DNA of 64,000 nucleotides from Nitrospirales bacterium (GTDB lineage Bacteria; Nitrospirota; Nitrospiria; Nitrospirales; UBA8639): NCBI GenBank assembly GCA_965203295.1, contig CBDBCZ010000011.1, positions 288,001 to 352,000 of the forward strand, read 5' to 3'. Shown piece by piece: positions 1 to 16,100 of this stretch (position 1 is its first letter; each line of letters starts with the position of its first letter). The notes under the pieces were generated by a model. It saw only the letters and a program-made list of their open reading frames with translations, ran no database searches and was not told where the DNA came from. The position numbers and the translations under genes were made by a program.

Positions 1-128
1 GTGCTAGAATTTCAAATGGGTGCACAATATCGTCAGTTCATAATGTGCATACCTAACACTGATACTAATTTCTAATGACCCTTCTCAGAATTATCAACTA
101 CATGCAACTATTTTTTTCCCTTACGTAG

Positions 129-3100
129 GAGTTCTTAAGGGAACTGTTCCAACTGATCAAACACTATACATTTCCGAACTTTTCCCCACCTCGTCTGGAA
201 TTGGAGCCCCATTCAACAAACTTCCAATGGAAACTATTCAGTACACATGCAGCAGCACTGAGTTGCACATCACAACCCGAGCCATAGACACCCTTACCGT
301 TGTGACTGGCATCCTTGAGCTAAGCAATGTCTCCATCACACTCAATGCCACTCTATCTCCCGTTGGTGTTCAGTTCTTCATGATCACAGCAAACTGGGGC
401 ATCGGTAACGTGAATGGTCACTTTACCATTGAGGATAACCTTGAAACCAGCCAACTGCTTGTTAGAGGAGGCCCTCAAGGTACGATCAGTCTGAATTTCG
501 AAGATATGATCAAGGCTCTCACCGGTAAACGACTTTCCCTTCCAGTAAGCTCAGTGAGCTTTAGAGATGTAGAAGTGACTGGAGCAATAGACACATATAC
601 CAGTGGAAGTGCAACCTTCTCTATAAGTGGAAAACATGGTCGAAACAACGTAGTGCATATAGTTTTGCAAAAAGGTGTAAGTAATTCGGGGGCGAAGTAT
701 GCTGGTGCATTTGCTGCAGAATTCTCCAGCTTTAGGTTTGCTGACCTAATCCGAAATTTCACGGGAGCTGATATCTCAGGTGTTCCGTTCTTAGGCTCCA
801 TAGAAGTGCCGACCATGGCAGTGACCGCTTCTACAGCTGACATCAGTAGCGCCAGCTTACTTCGGGTTTTTGAGGCCGGGTCCCTGCTCCAACTCAGCAA
901 TGGCTACATACAGGGAGGAGTCACAGCCTACTTCCATTTGAGTGCAATGAATAATGCCCCTGTGAAGATGTCCTATTCCAACAGCAGGTTTTCATTTGCA
1001 GTGCTGATGGGACGATCGGTGAGTCTGCGTTCACTGCTATCTCAGGTGGGGGTAAATCTCGACTCAGTACCACTACCTCCTGGAATAACTGACATACTTA
1101 ACCTCAACATAATGCGCTTTTCGATCGATACATCTACGAGGGAACTTCTCATCGATGCAAGCTTTCCCAATACTTTGTCATACTTTCGTGGTGTCCTCAA
1201 AATACAAGACGTGGTTGTAAGTGTGCATGCAATGCTAAAGGCTCCACGAAGTATCTCAGTTGAAGCTAGTGGACATTTAGAAATCGGAACAGAGCTGTTT
1301 GACGTATACCTACTACGCGACAGCAGTACAAATCGCTATATCTTATCCAGCCAAATTCTGGAGCTTCATGTAACTGACATCATTGAAGAATTCAAAGCAG
1401 CCGTATTTCCCGACGAACTGAACGACATTATAATGACTTCGGGATTCTTTGACTTCAGCATTAAGAACATGGGTGTTTCGTACTCATTTGGTTCATGGCC
1501 ACTGCAGATCCAGATGTCAGGTTCCCCAGTTATAAACGGTTACGAAGGCCCGTATATCAACATGATAATGATCAAGAAAAGAGGAAAAACAGCACTGGTT
1601 CAGGGCTTTGAGCTGGGTATGACGAATCTAGCTGATCTTGTAAAAATCATTAGTGGATTAGATCTACGGTCAATTGCAATCTTTAACCAGCAACTAGAAG
1701 CGGCCATCTTGATTTCTCCAGTCACCCTTCCAAGAGTCACACTGCAGGGGGAGCAGCTAAGTGGGTTTTCCATAAACAAGGGTATATCCCTCCAAGCTAC
1801 GATGACGTGGCCTCCTGATTGCTCTTCAGACCTCCAGTGCAATGTGGCACAGACCCTGCTCGGACAGAATGCTAGACTGATGTTTCAGGGAACGATAGCA
1901 AATACACGATCGTTCAGTTTAATGGCTGGGGTGTCGGATATTCGCCTTGGCTCGCTATTTACACTTAAAAGTGCTGGATTTGGGGTGACAGTGCTTGGTC
2001 CCGAGATTCAGATTGGTATTTTTGGTAACTTACAGATTAGCGATCCGGACATAACTTTGAACGGTGTTATCAGTGTGGGAACTAGAGGAGCAGTACTGGA
2101 ACTGACTATGACTGGTTGCTGGGAGCGAGCATTCGGAGCAGACTGGCTAACCATCTGTAGTCTTCAGGGACTGGTTGCTCTGAAACCGGAGTTAGCCTTC
2201 TTACCAGGTGGTTTAGCCGTAGGTGGTGAGGTGAAAATAGGAAAGCCTTCATGTCGCCAAATACAAGCAACAGGGTTCGTCGGCATAGATGCTGACATGC
2301 CTCAGGAAAACTATTATTACGTCGATATACATGATGAGTTGACTCTTAGATCCGTGCTGGAACTATTCTGCATAGATATTAGCCTTCCTAGGCCGCTAGC
2401 TGAGTCAGGGTTCCCAGAAGGCTTCATGTCTTCGTTTTCTCTCTTGGGGAAAGAACTGCCACACGTTCCTCTCAGCATTCCACTAGGCTACCGATTGAAA
2501 GGCGTGTTCAACATACTAGGACTCACCACGACAGCCGATGTGAATATAGGTCTTCCTAGTGGGATAAAGATAGTCGTGCTGTTGCCTCCCTTGGACCTTG
2601 CAAATGGGCTACTGACGATGTATGCTTCCAGGGATGACTCATCAACAGGACCTTACCTGAACGCTAGCATTGGTTTACTTCCACCAAATGTGAACATTGA
2701 GGCCAGTGGCTATGTCTCAGTTCTCGGTATCTCGGTTGAGGACACACTGCGAATAACTAATGACCAGTACCAAATGAGTATTGAAGGGAGAATGCTTGGT
2801 CTCTTTCAAGCAAGCCTTGAAATCACCGCATCGTATGGAAGCATCCGATCAGCAAGTTTTAGAGTTCGAGGAACATTTAAGAGTGATTTGTGCAATCGAG
2901 TGAAACGAATCATTGAAAATACCTTTTGGACGTCACCACTGTACCTAGTGAGACCCCGATTCGGATTGGGAGGCGTAGTTGACATCAAAGAGATAAGTTT
3001 CGATGTCTCACTGAGTGTGGCTGCTAGAGGGAGCTTTCCCGGTACGGTGCGTGGATGCTTCTCTGGAAATAACTTTCAGCTGTATACTAACATCAATCTT

Positions 3101-3163
3101 CACGACGTTACTGCCATGGCAAGACAGATTGCCAACTATGTCATCTCAAGCATAATATTCTAG
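129..3163 (+). CDS. Putative AB-type toxin family, copy 1: large terminal exon (beta-rich B region) lacking the coiled-coil/Cys hairpin; upstream exons lie outside the window
   Basis: Acceptor ttttttttcccttacgtag|GA at 128/129 has the same position and phase as in the two minus-strand paralogs. The frame is open to TAG at 3163 and the protein is near-identical to ORFs 32734-35832 and 15393-20150. Confidence 0.85.
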
Positions 3164-5414
3164 TACGTTACTGCAATAGTTTAATAACATTCTAGGTCCA
3201 TCTCTTTTTCACGATTTAAATTTCTACATACTTGTAGAAATGTGTGTGCCATAAACCAAACGTACGTAGCTATCACATTACAATTTTCATGTTCTACATG
3301 TAGTTCGTCACATTTTAGTATAATGATGATTATTATATCCTTTCGTTATGGAGTAGTCTATCAAGCTAGACTAGCTATGGAGCTCATTCGTTAGGAAATG
3401 AGTTTTGATTTACATTGGAGTGATTGTTAATCAGAGTTTTTTTTGCTATTGGAAAAAGATTCCTGAACCCTCTCACCCATGTAGCCACCATAATGGTGGT
3501 AAGAAAGAAAACAAAAGCCTATTAACGCCTAGTATAAATCTCCATATATTCATATGGAGACTCTTTCGCAGGTTTCAATCTATAGGTTTGGATGTCCAGA
3601 CATGTGAGGATGTGGTGTAAGGCACACCCCCTAGTCTCATTCCCAGGCTTCACTCTATATAATATCATAGCTAAGTGCACATGCAACTAGCAAACAAGCT
3701 AGCCATTCAAAGTGCACAAGTGTTTTGTTTAACTTGTGCAGACAGAAATAAACCCGGACTGGAAGAATCCTCTGTGCTGGAGTTACCCCTGCCATCCAAA
3801 ACATGTGCGCACAGGCTGGAGGGCTGACAATCTTCTGAGCTATAACTCACACATAGAAGTTTTTAGACCTAAAACTTTTACTTGAAAAAAACAAACGTGG
3901 TCTTTTTAAAAATGAATTGACCTTAGAGGAAAATTGGGCATGGAATTCGCTACAATATATTGTATACTCTGGAGTATAAGTACCCATCAATTACAAGTAC
4001 CCTATGAAAAATAATACCCATTAAACCAATTACCATCCACTTCCTGAATAGTAGGAGAACAGCTTATCTATGGTTATGAAATACCTACCTTTTTCTGGCA
4101 TTACCGGTGTTGAGAACTTGTTTTTTTATGACTTACTTCGTTTTTAATTTTTATCATTGCCTTGTCAATTTGGTATAATATAAACGAATCGAAGCTGCTG
4201 AGCGATACAGTAGCTAGTACCCATGCAAATAAAAGTACCCAATGAATATAGGTACCCATCAGACAACTGTAATGCATGTGTACCTAGTTAAGCATGAATA
4301 GTGATGATAGTGGGTCCACCTAGGTCTGTATACACCTCACAGTGCAAAGAAGACTGCTCACATGTAAGAACAGTGCTATGGCGATGAGAGTACAGTGCAG
4401 TCGATAAAACACAAAACTGACTGTCAAAACCAAAACTGACGTCGTAGTGTCCATACTGTTGTACTGGTTCATATTTTGTACCTCGGTACCCCATGATTAT
4501 AACTACCTGACCCGCGCAATCCGTACCATGAAAATGCACCATCTCCAAATAGAAGTACATGTACTGGTGTCGTAGTTGCGAGTGGCTCCCATCACTAATG
4601 ACTTCCCGGTCACTCGTGACTAGGCACCAGTGACCCCCGGTCACTGGTGCCTAGGCATGATTGACCCCCCAGTCATCTGTATCTAGGCGCCAGTGACTCC
4701 CCCCTGAAGAGAATGACTCCCCCAGTCATCTGTGCCTAGGCGCCAATGACTTTCCCCATATTGGTACTGACGCTTTATATTAAGCAACTCCCTCATTGCT
4801 TCATTTATGATATAAACTCTCCATGAAAGTACATGTACAGTACATCAGCACAAAATAAGAATATAGCTAGCTACACTACACAAGTACAAACAAAACAGTG
4901 CAGACAAACAACAACAACAACAAAAACATATCTATTACACAAGGAAAAGAATACCGTATAATTATGATAATACCAACTGTCTGGTATTTACATTTCTGGA
5001 TGAGATCCAAAATGAAAGTAGCTACATTAATCGCACTTGTGTCATATGTATGACTCAGGCAGCTCAGTGGCACACATAATTAATGTACATGTACATTTCA
5101 GCAGCCCGGCTTGCAGCTGCAAAGTAGGTACATAGCATTCTGCAACGGTGAGATCTTTCATTACTCACTAATCCGTGGAAATGATGTACCAGCATTCAAT
5201 GTCTTACCTATATATATTGTATCCAGTATTGATAGCTACTGATGTGCCACCAAGCTTGCTGTGGGATAGGTTCGTACTGTGTACCGTATGGGGAAGAGGG
5301 GAGGCATTTCCGCCAGCGAGGAGTCATTCCAGTCTCAGGCGTGAGTGATCGAGGAGTCACTCATGACTCTGACGCTGGTACTTGTGCTTTAGAGTGTACG
5401 GCAGGTCACTATAC

Positions 5415-5540
5415 CTGCTGTGAGTTCTCGATTTTGTCCAGCTGTGAGGTGAGGCTGTCCCCCCGAGGGCCAACCTCTGGCTGGAGCTCGGCGGCTACCT
5501 CCTGCCTCAGGTGCTGTCCCATCTCCTCCCCCAGGGGAAC
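5415..5540 (-). pseudogene. COG3: Isolated inverted copy of COG3 exon 2
   Basis: Reverse complement encodes VPLGEEMGQHLRQEVAAELQPEVGPRGDSLTSQLDKIENSQQ with AG/GT ends and matches 30453-30578. Exons 1 and 3 were not found nearby. Confidence 0.85.
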
Positions 5541-6422
5541 CTGAGGAAGAGCGGGTGGAGGAGTTAGGGTTAGGGAGGGGTGGGTGGAGGAGAGGGGTGA
5601 GGGAGGAGAGGAGAAGGGGAGGGAGGGAGGGGGAGTGGGAGGCTATTCAAACTGCAGAAGATCTAGTTTTCTGAATGAAGAAAGAGCCCACTGGCGCCTA
5701 CATATGTACAGTGCACGTACACACTTGATAGCCTCTGCTTGATAGCGTTCTAAATGTCCTTGGTGCTCATTAATTGAAATTTGTATCTCTTTTATTTGGA
5801 GCCCACCAAAGTCCAAGCCCTTCAGTAGTCTCGTGCCCAGCCCGTCGCTCCGTAGTGCGTAGTACAGTGAAGAAGCAGGCCGTAGGGATGAAGTAAGCTG
5901 AATTTGACGTAAACACCTGCATAAGGCCAGTAGCTTGTCTGTATAGACCGTAGGCTAATGCAAATCTGGCCCGAGGCACTGAAAGCCAGGTTTCATGTAT
6001 AGCTAACCTGATATACACCAAAATTAGTCTTCGTTACCCTGAAGTAAAGCTTGTCTCACGAGTCAGACGCTTTTGGGTCTGCAGGATGGAAGGGAATAAT
6101 TATAGTCCTACAACACTAGGGACCGTCCACAGCGTGACAGGTCACACTGCATGCAGTCATGTGTATATACGGCAGAGCAAAGTCTGGCCCACGAGACTAT
6201 AAATAGAAGCGTGGTAAGGCATTATAGCCTCATTCCCAGTCCCCACTAAAAAAGCTGGGGAATGGAGGTTGGAAATGAGGCTAGGAAGGTGCACCTAGCT
6301 CAGTTTCTTTGAGCGTAAATTAATTAGCCTCAGGCAGGTATAAAATTAATAATTGAGAAGATGATTTGCTCTTTTCCCATTTACTATCACTATATATTGC
6401 ACAACATTAAAATTCTTCTAGG

Positions 6423-7383
6423 CTTACATCACTATGACATAATGCATCATATCATAGTGCTGTATTCCTATGAGGAAAGTCCATTGTAGCACTGCCTTTT
6501 ACCCATGCTGACACTGCTGTTCCTTGCAGCTTACATCACTATGACATAATGCATCATATCAGTGCTGTATTCCTATGAGGAAAGTCCATTGTAGCACTGC
6601 CTTTTAACCATGCTGACACTGCTGTTCCTTGCAGCTTACATCACTATGACATAATGCATCATATCATAGTGCTGTATTCCTATGAAGAAAGTCCATTGTA
6701 GCACTGCCTTTTACCCATGCTGACACTGCTGTTCCTTGCAGCTTACATCACTATGACATAATGCATCATATCATAGTGCTGTATTCCTATGAGGAAAGTC
6801 CATTGTAGCACTGCCTTTTACCCATGCTGACACTGCTGTTCCTTGCAGCTTACATCACTATGACATAATGCATCATATCATAGTGCTGTATTCCTATGAG
6901 GAAAGTCCATTGTAGCACTGCCTTTTACCCATGCTGACACTGCTGTTCCTTGCAGCTTACATCACTATGACATAATGCATCATATCATAGTGCTGTATTC
7001 CTATGAGGAAAGTCCATTGTAGCACTGCCTTTTAACCATGCTGACACTGCTGTTCCTTGCAGCTTACATCACTATGACATAATGCATCATATCATAGTGC
7101 TGTATTCCTATGAAGAAAGTCCATTGTAGCACTGCCTTTTACCCATGCTGACACTGCTGTTCCTTGCAGCTTACATCACTATGACATAATGCATCATATC
7201 ATAGTGCTGTATTCCTATGAGGAAAGTCCATTGTAGCACTGCCTTTTACCCATGCTGACACTGCTGTTCCTTGCAGCTTACATCACTATGACATAATGCA
7301 TCATATCATAGTGCTGTATTCCTATGAAGAAAATCCATTGTAGCACTGCCTTTTACCCATGCTGACACTGCTGTTCCTTGCAG
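6423..7383 (+). repeat. Tandem repeat, 9 x 107 bp (one unit 105 bp); each unit ends in the RBMX2 splice acceptor sequence
   Basis: Units start at 6423, 6530, 6635, 6742, 6849, 6956, 7063, 7170 and 7277. Each ends ...gctgacactgctgttccttgcag. Confidence 0.95.
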
Positions 7384-9471
<2,088 letters not shown>

Positions 9472-10665
9472 TGAGCACAAGCGTATACACAATATTGGCT
9501 TGGAATTCCCATTCACCCTGTACATGTGTATATAAAATTATTGGCCCCACATGTATAATATTATGGATCTGTATATTCGCCTCAATCCTGCATGGTTCTT
9601 CATAATTTACAAGTCCATTGGACCAAAAGTGGAATTTTCTGAAATGTGTCATCTTGCAGAAAATTTGATATTTAAGGCTGTAGTGTATAGGATGACTTCA
9701 ATGGAAATTCTGCCCTGTCCCAGTGTTATATGAAGTATTTTTTTTATAGGACAAAAAGAATGCTCAATAGCAATTAAGCTAGCTAATACAAAGACCATGA
9801 CAGAAAAATAATTAGTTAACTTATAATTGTAGATTACATATAATAATAATACTTAAAAGCTAATGAACTTCCTAGGAATACATCACTGGTAACGTCTTGC
9901 TACATTTCTATAGTCTCGTGGGCCAGACTTTGCTCTGAGGACCAAATTATTTTTGGTCAGCTATACACATGGAACCTGGTTTTCATTGCCTTGGGCTAAC
10001 TCTGCATTAGCCTGCTGTCCATGCAGACAAGCTACTGGCCTTATGCACGTTTTTGCGCCAAATCCACAGCTTACTTCGTTTTACGGCCTGCCCAACTTAG
10101 CTAAGCTAGTTTGCTTCTTGGACTTCGGTGGGCTCCAAATAAAAGAAATACAAAATTTTAATTAACGAGCACCAAGGACCTTAGGACAAGAAAAACGGGC
10201 CGATCGATACTTGAGAGGAATACTCAGGAACAGTGAGGTATGCATGTTATGCGAGAAGACGGTGGCTTTTATAAAGTAGTTATAATATGGAGTGAGAAAT
10301 GTATACATCTTTTGCGCAGCGTACATGCACATTCCAAGGGATAGCCACTTCCATATGGCCCGTAGAAACGCTTAGAACAGGATCTATCTACAGAGTGTCC
10401 TTGATCGTTTGATAGTTATTTTTTTAAATAGCAACTTTGTAGCCCCACCTCCTTAGATTCTTACTGATCCCTTGATCATCTCTTTTGATCGCTTGATTCC
10501 ATTTTGATCCCGTTTGCAAACATTTCTGCAAGCGATACATAAAAGATTATACCCCTTGTATTCGTAACTCCACTGTATGTGTTTTAAAACTATCCATGCA
10601 CAAGGGACACGCATGACAGTACTGAAGAGGTTTAGGACCATTAGGGAATTTTGTTCTACAGCTGA

Positions 10666-12370
10666 ATGATGGAGAGAGGCCACGCCCAGGGGGCGGGGTC
10701 TCAGGGGAGGACCCTGCGTGACCGGCTGAGCCAGTGGGACTCCAGGCTGGCTCCTCTTTCTGACCAGCAGAAGGACGGCTTCATGGAGCTCAGCACTGCA
10801 GCCTCCTTCAGACCTCTGCCCACCGAGGTGGGTGGGGCCTAGCCTCGTTCCCAGCCCCACAATCAAGGCTAAGGATCGCTTACAGCATCCCGCCACAACA
10901 AGTGGGTCTGGCGCATTGATCTGCTGGAATGCAGGCGGGCTCAGTAGTTGTCCACTAATCGTATAGTGAAAAGATTTTAGCCTCGTACCCAGGCCACATG
11001 TTGGGTATGAGGCTAAGTGAGACTTGTACCGCTTCAGCTGTGTAATCTTTACTGCACATCTGATTATATTCAACACTTACTTACATGTAGTTATGGATAA
11101 TTGTCACGCCGCGTTTAACATTCCTGAGCCTCATGGCGAGATACTGCAAGCGATCCATAGCCTTGAATGTGGGGCTGGGAACGAGACTAATCTTGCGAGC
11201 CGGACCCTGTTCTGCACAGAGGGAAGTGGTCTGGAGATTGCCATACTGCCATTCGTCTCGCCGTAGAATTCATTCTACAGTCACATGATGTTAGCGCTAG
11301 CGTGGGATAACTACTTGTTAGCTTATTAAAGCTGCGTAGTGGAGCGTGGGAACGTGGATAACCGGTACTGGCTACAGGGAAGCTTACAAAAATAGCTGGA
11401 GACACTGGAGTATTCACACTCACTACTGACACACGCACTAGCTTAGCTAGCTCGATTCCTGGCTGGACTGGCCAGGTTTCTTCATTTGCCCTCTCTATCA
11501 AGAAGGGTGTGTACGTACGTACACTGTACATGTAGGGGGCAGGGGGCTCTATCCTCAATCAGAAAACTACTCTCCTCCAGTTTGAATATTTTCTTTTGTA
11601 CCCCTACCCCCTCCACCCCCTCCCCCTCCCTCGCCCTCTCCCCCCTCCCCTTCCCCCTCCCCCCTCCCCCCTCCCCCCTCCCTTCCCCCCTCCCCACTCC
11701 CTCCTCCCCCTTCCCCCTCCACCCACCCCTCCTCAGGTTCCACTGGGGGAGGAGATGGGACAGCACCTGAGGCAGGAGGTAGCCGCCGAGCTCCAGCCAG
11801 AAGCCGGCCCTCGGGGGGACAGCCTCACCTCACAGCTGGACAAAATCGAGAACTCGCAGCAGGTACATGTATAGTGGTCTGCCGTACACTCTAAAGCACA
11901 AGTACTGGTACATGTACAATGTAATTCTATTCAGAGATTGTGCGTTTTCGTGGTATGGATTACATGGGGTAGTTACAGGGTACTTTCAACGAGGTAAAAA
12001 AATACGGTAGTACATCAGCATGGACATTACAACTTCAGCTTTGGTCTTGATAGTCAGTTTCTCGTTTTCTGTACTTTGATCACTGTATCTTAGCGGTTTT
12101 CTTCCACTAGGACCCAGCCAATTCCAACTGTAATGGCTCTCTCATTGGCAGCAAAGAAGCATGCAAAGCCTTTAATTCATATTGTAAATTGGGAGCAATG
12201 GTTATATAATCTGCATAATTAACAGAATTTGTTACTGCTAGATTGTTCATTGACAATAATATCATAAGTGTAAATTGACATTATACGTGTGTCTCTCCCC
12301 GGCTGCAGTTCCTGGCCTGGTTCGATGAGGTGGAGACTCAGGTGCAAGCTGAGCAGGAGAGGTGCTACAG
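10666..12370 (+). pseudogene. COG3: Duplicated COG3 exons 1-3 (10666-10827, 11737-11862, 12309-12370) without their own downstream exons
   Basis: Near-identical to 29400-31093. Encodes MMERGHAQ...LRDRLSQWDSRLAPLSDQQKD...KIENSQQFLAWFDEVETQ, like the COG3 N-terminus. Confidence 0.85.
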
Positions 12371-13123
12371 GTGAGCTGATCGACCCCATTCCCATACCAG
12401 CTTCTGAGTCTCCTTCCTGTGTGACGTATTTTCAGACTGAGTCCCAGCCTGTGCCTTTCTCTGGGGAGTAGGTCAGTCATATATGTTCCTGACCCAAACA
12501 GCATCAACCCACTACCCTGGGAGGTACTAATCAGCTGAGAATAAGTCTACATGTACAGCTGGGTCCCGGGTTTTCTTTACTCTCTCAGAAAGCTTATCAT
12601 TTCGGAAGAGTTTGCAATGTACACACACACACACACACACACTGTGACATCTTGCCTCAGCCCTTCGAAGCTTCAGGCATTTAACCATCTCATCAGTTGA
12701 TTTTTGCTTCCATAAGATCAAGATGAATATGAAATATATTATGGAGATTTTATACTAGGCGTTAATAGGCTTTTGTATACTTTCTTTCCACCATATGGTG
12801 GCAACACCGGTAAGAGGGTTAAGGAATCTTTTTCAAATACATGTACATGTAGCAAAAAAACCTGATAAATGATCACTCCAATATACAAATGGAAACTTAT
12901 CTTCTAACAAGTGAAGCTCCGTAACAAAAGGATACAACATATCATCATTATAGTAGGATAGGATGTGACAAACTACATGTATAATGTGTGTATTAGAAAG
13001 TGTAATGTAATAGCTATGTACATGCGTCTGGTTTATGGCATACACTTTTGTACAAGTAAGTAGAAATATGAATCGTGAAAAAGTGATGGACCTAGAATGT
13101 TATAAAACAACTGCAGGGACGTT

Positions 13124-16100
13124 CTAGAATACGCTTGAAAGTCCATCGATGACATGGTCAGCAACCTGTCTTGCGATGGCAGTAACGTCATGAAGATTGA
13201 CGTTAATATCCAGCTGAACGTTATTTCCAACAAGGCATCCACGCACCGTACCGGCAAAGCTCCCTCCAGCAGCCACCCTCAGTGAGACATCAAAACGTAT
13301 CTCCTTGAGGTTGACTACACCTCCCAATCCAAATCGAGCAATCTGATTGGCTGCCTCAACTCCCACTCGGTACGTTTGCTCGATAGCCTCGAGAGCGAGC
13401 ACTGCAGCGTCAAACGGAATCTTGGCGGCATTAACGGCTCCTTTTGCGACTTCGAGAGCCAGAATGGCGGCGTCAAGTACGATTCTACTTTGATCAACTA
13501 CAACTTCTGCTGCTCTTAGAACCAAAGTGAGCGTTTCCCGTAGTGCAATACAACCAGCTCTTTCAGCTTCACAAAGAAGATTTGGAGCACGGAAACAGCA
13601 AGAAGAGAACGTCGGTCGAATGAGTACACATACCCCCCACGCCGTGGCTACACAGGTAGTGCCACAAGGTGCTGGAACACATACTATAGAGGAGGAGAAT
13701 AATTAAGTGTTGGAATGTAGTATTTGCCACACAACTTTTAGCCCTTATTCTCAGGCTCCACTCCACTTTGTTTTTTGCTCCCACAATGTTAACTGTCAGC
13801 GACAGAAGCTGGGGTGGAGGCTGGGAACGAGGCTATCACAGTATAATGTTCAACAGTTCACAGCTAACATTTGTACAAGTGTATATTCATTAGCTATTCA
13901 TAGTAATGGAAGTAGTCTAGTATATTAAATTTTGGCTGATACGTATGTTTGATGCATTCAGTACTGTAATAAAGCCATTAGAGCCATCAGTGAGTAGCTA
14001 GGCTGTTATTGCCGAGCGCCTTAGCAGGAGGCAATTAATCTTGCAGTGCGGCGGTCGAATCTGAGCTAGCGTATAATATACCGTATAGCCGGAAAATTTG
14101 GCGGGGAATTTAATTTGGCGGTTTGGCGGATTTGCGAGCAAACCGCCAAATTAAAATCCGCCAATATTTTTGCGTGATGTCATTGAGATCTTCGGTAGGC
14201 GGAGTTTGGAGGTCACCAAGTTACACGGATTCTGAATTTGTACTGCTGGCGCATGAGCGATCAGAGAACTATTCGAGTCGAGCACTACGTTTCACCAAGG
14301 TTGTCTTTTTACAGCTCCAATAGCTACCACTAGGGTTGGAGTAGCCTCTGTTTCAGCAGAGACGTGACGGCCCTTACGGCATCGTGGCAAATCGAGCGCC
14401 ATGAACAGGAGCGAAGCCCAGTGACTCTGTGTCATCCCAGAGCTGGGCCTTGGAAGTACGTTTTAGACAGAGACATCTGTCTGCTGACATGCTGAAAGCG
14501 TACATGTAGTTGCGCTGTCGTAGCAGCTTCTAAAGTGGGTGTGGTTTGTAATTCCTTTCAATCTAGCTCTCCACGTGTCTCTGCGCGAGGCCTTACTGCG
14601 CATGCGCATGTCTAGTAGTATCAATACTTTACATACTGCTGTCTGTGAGTCTACGTCTGTGTGTAACGGATGTGATGTCACGCGAGCGATTGCGCGAGAA
14701 TACGCAAGAAGACTGCGATGTCATCATAATATGAGTACTTAGTACGTTGACCGCGCTGCATGCGTTGGAACGCTGATATTATCATAATGGCCTCAAATGA
14801 GCACTTCGAGCGCACTCTATCGCGCAAAGGTTAGTGGCTGTATAGTTCTGGAAGTACAAACCACGCACAGCTGTAACTATAACGCTAGGCAAACTACGAC
14901 GATGTGCATTAAATGGAGTCAGTGCCTCTATAAAGTCGGCTGTGGCTATGAAGAGCTAGGCTTAGGTCTTGGTTTTCCTGTTTTGTCTTGAAGTCGTTTG
15001 TAGTTTCTCCTACTGCAGTTGTTTGCAGTTACTGCCTCCGCATGGCTCAGGCAGGCATCTGTCAGCTACACTTTAGTCTACTCCGGCTACTGCTGCCACT
15101 GGCATACGAAGTGTTTTGGCTACTAAAAGAGCGTGGTGTGCACGCATACTATACACTTTCTCCCTACTGTGACAAAGTCAATTTTCAACACAAAGGTGAG
15201 GCCTGAATGTGGAGCTGCCTCCGCGTGGCGCAGTATGAACTGCATGCCAAATGTACATACAAATCACAGGGAGCGAGACACTTTTCATTTCTATCCAAGT
15301 ATACAGCGAGCAAAGCGAGCAAGTTCAACAACTACTTGTACATTGAATGCTTAGTTTTAACAAATCACACTTCAAAAAATTATGCAAATATTTTAGTAGC
15401 TCTTACCACTGCGGCATGTTGGAGGGGTGCAAACTCCCCTTACGTCTGCACGTGCTTTCTCCAGTTCTGCAACTGCATTGTCAAATTTTCGCTGGCATCT
15501 ATCAAGTTCAGCTTGTGCTCCACTGAGTTCGCGCGTTGCATCATCGAGTATGGCCTTCTTCTTGTTAACCTCACGCTGTGCAGCATCGATTGCTCTGGTT
15601 GCTTGTTCTGATGACGACCGAAGGGCATCTTCAATGATTCCTTTCACTCGATTGCACAAATCACTCTTAAATGTTCCTCGAACTCTAAAACTTGCTGATC
15701 GGATGTTTCTATACGATGCAGTGATTTCAAGGCTTGCTTGAAAGAGACCAAGCATTCTCCCTTCGATACTCATTTGGTACTGGTTATTAGTTATTCGCAG
15801 TGTGGCCTCAACCGAGATACCGAGGACTGAGACGTAGCCACTGGCCTTAATGTTCACATTTGGTGAAAGTAAACCAATATTAGCGTTCAGGTAAGGTCCT
15901 GTTGATGAGTCATCCCTGGAAGCATACATCGTCAGTAGCCCATTTGCAAGGTCCAAGGGAGGCAACAGCACGACTATCTTTATCCCTCTAGGAAGACCTA
16001 TAGTCACATCAACTGTCGCGGTGAGTCCCAGTATGTTGAACATGCCTTTCAATCGGAAGCCTAGTGGAATGCTGAGAGGAACGTGTGGCAGTTCTTTCCC

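Noticed and set aside
6423..7383. CRISPR-like array
   Set aside because: Units are near-identical over their whole length, with no unique spacers and no cas genes, in a eukaryotic intron.
10453..11076. 207-aa minus-strand ORF (also 29331-29807)
   Set aside because: Antisense to COG3 exon 1 plus repeats; its length is not conserved between the duplicates.
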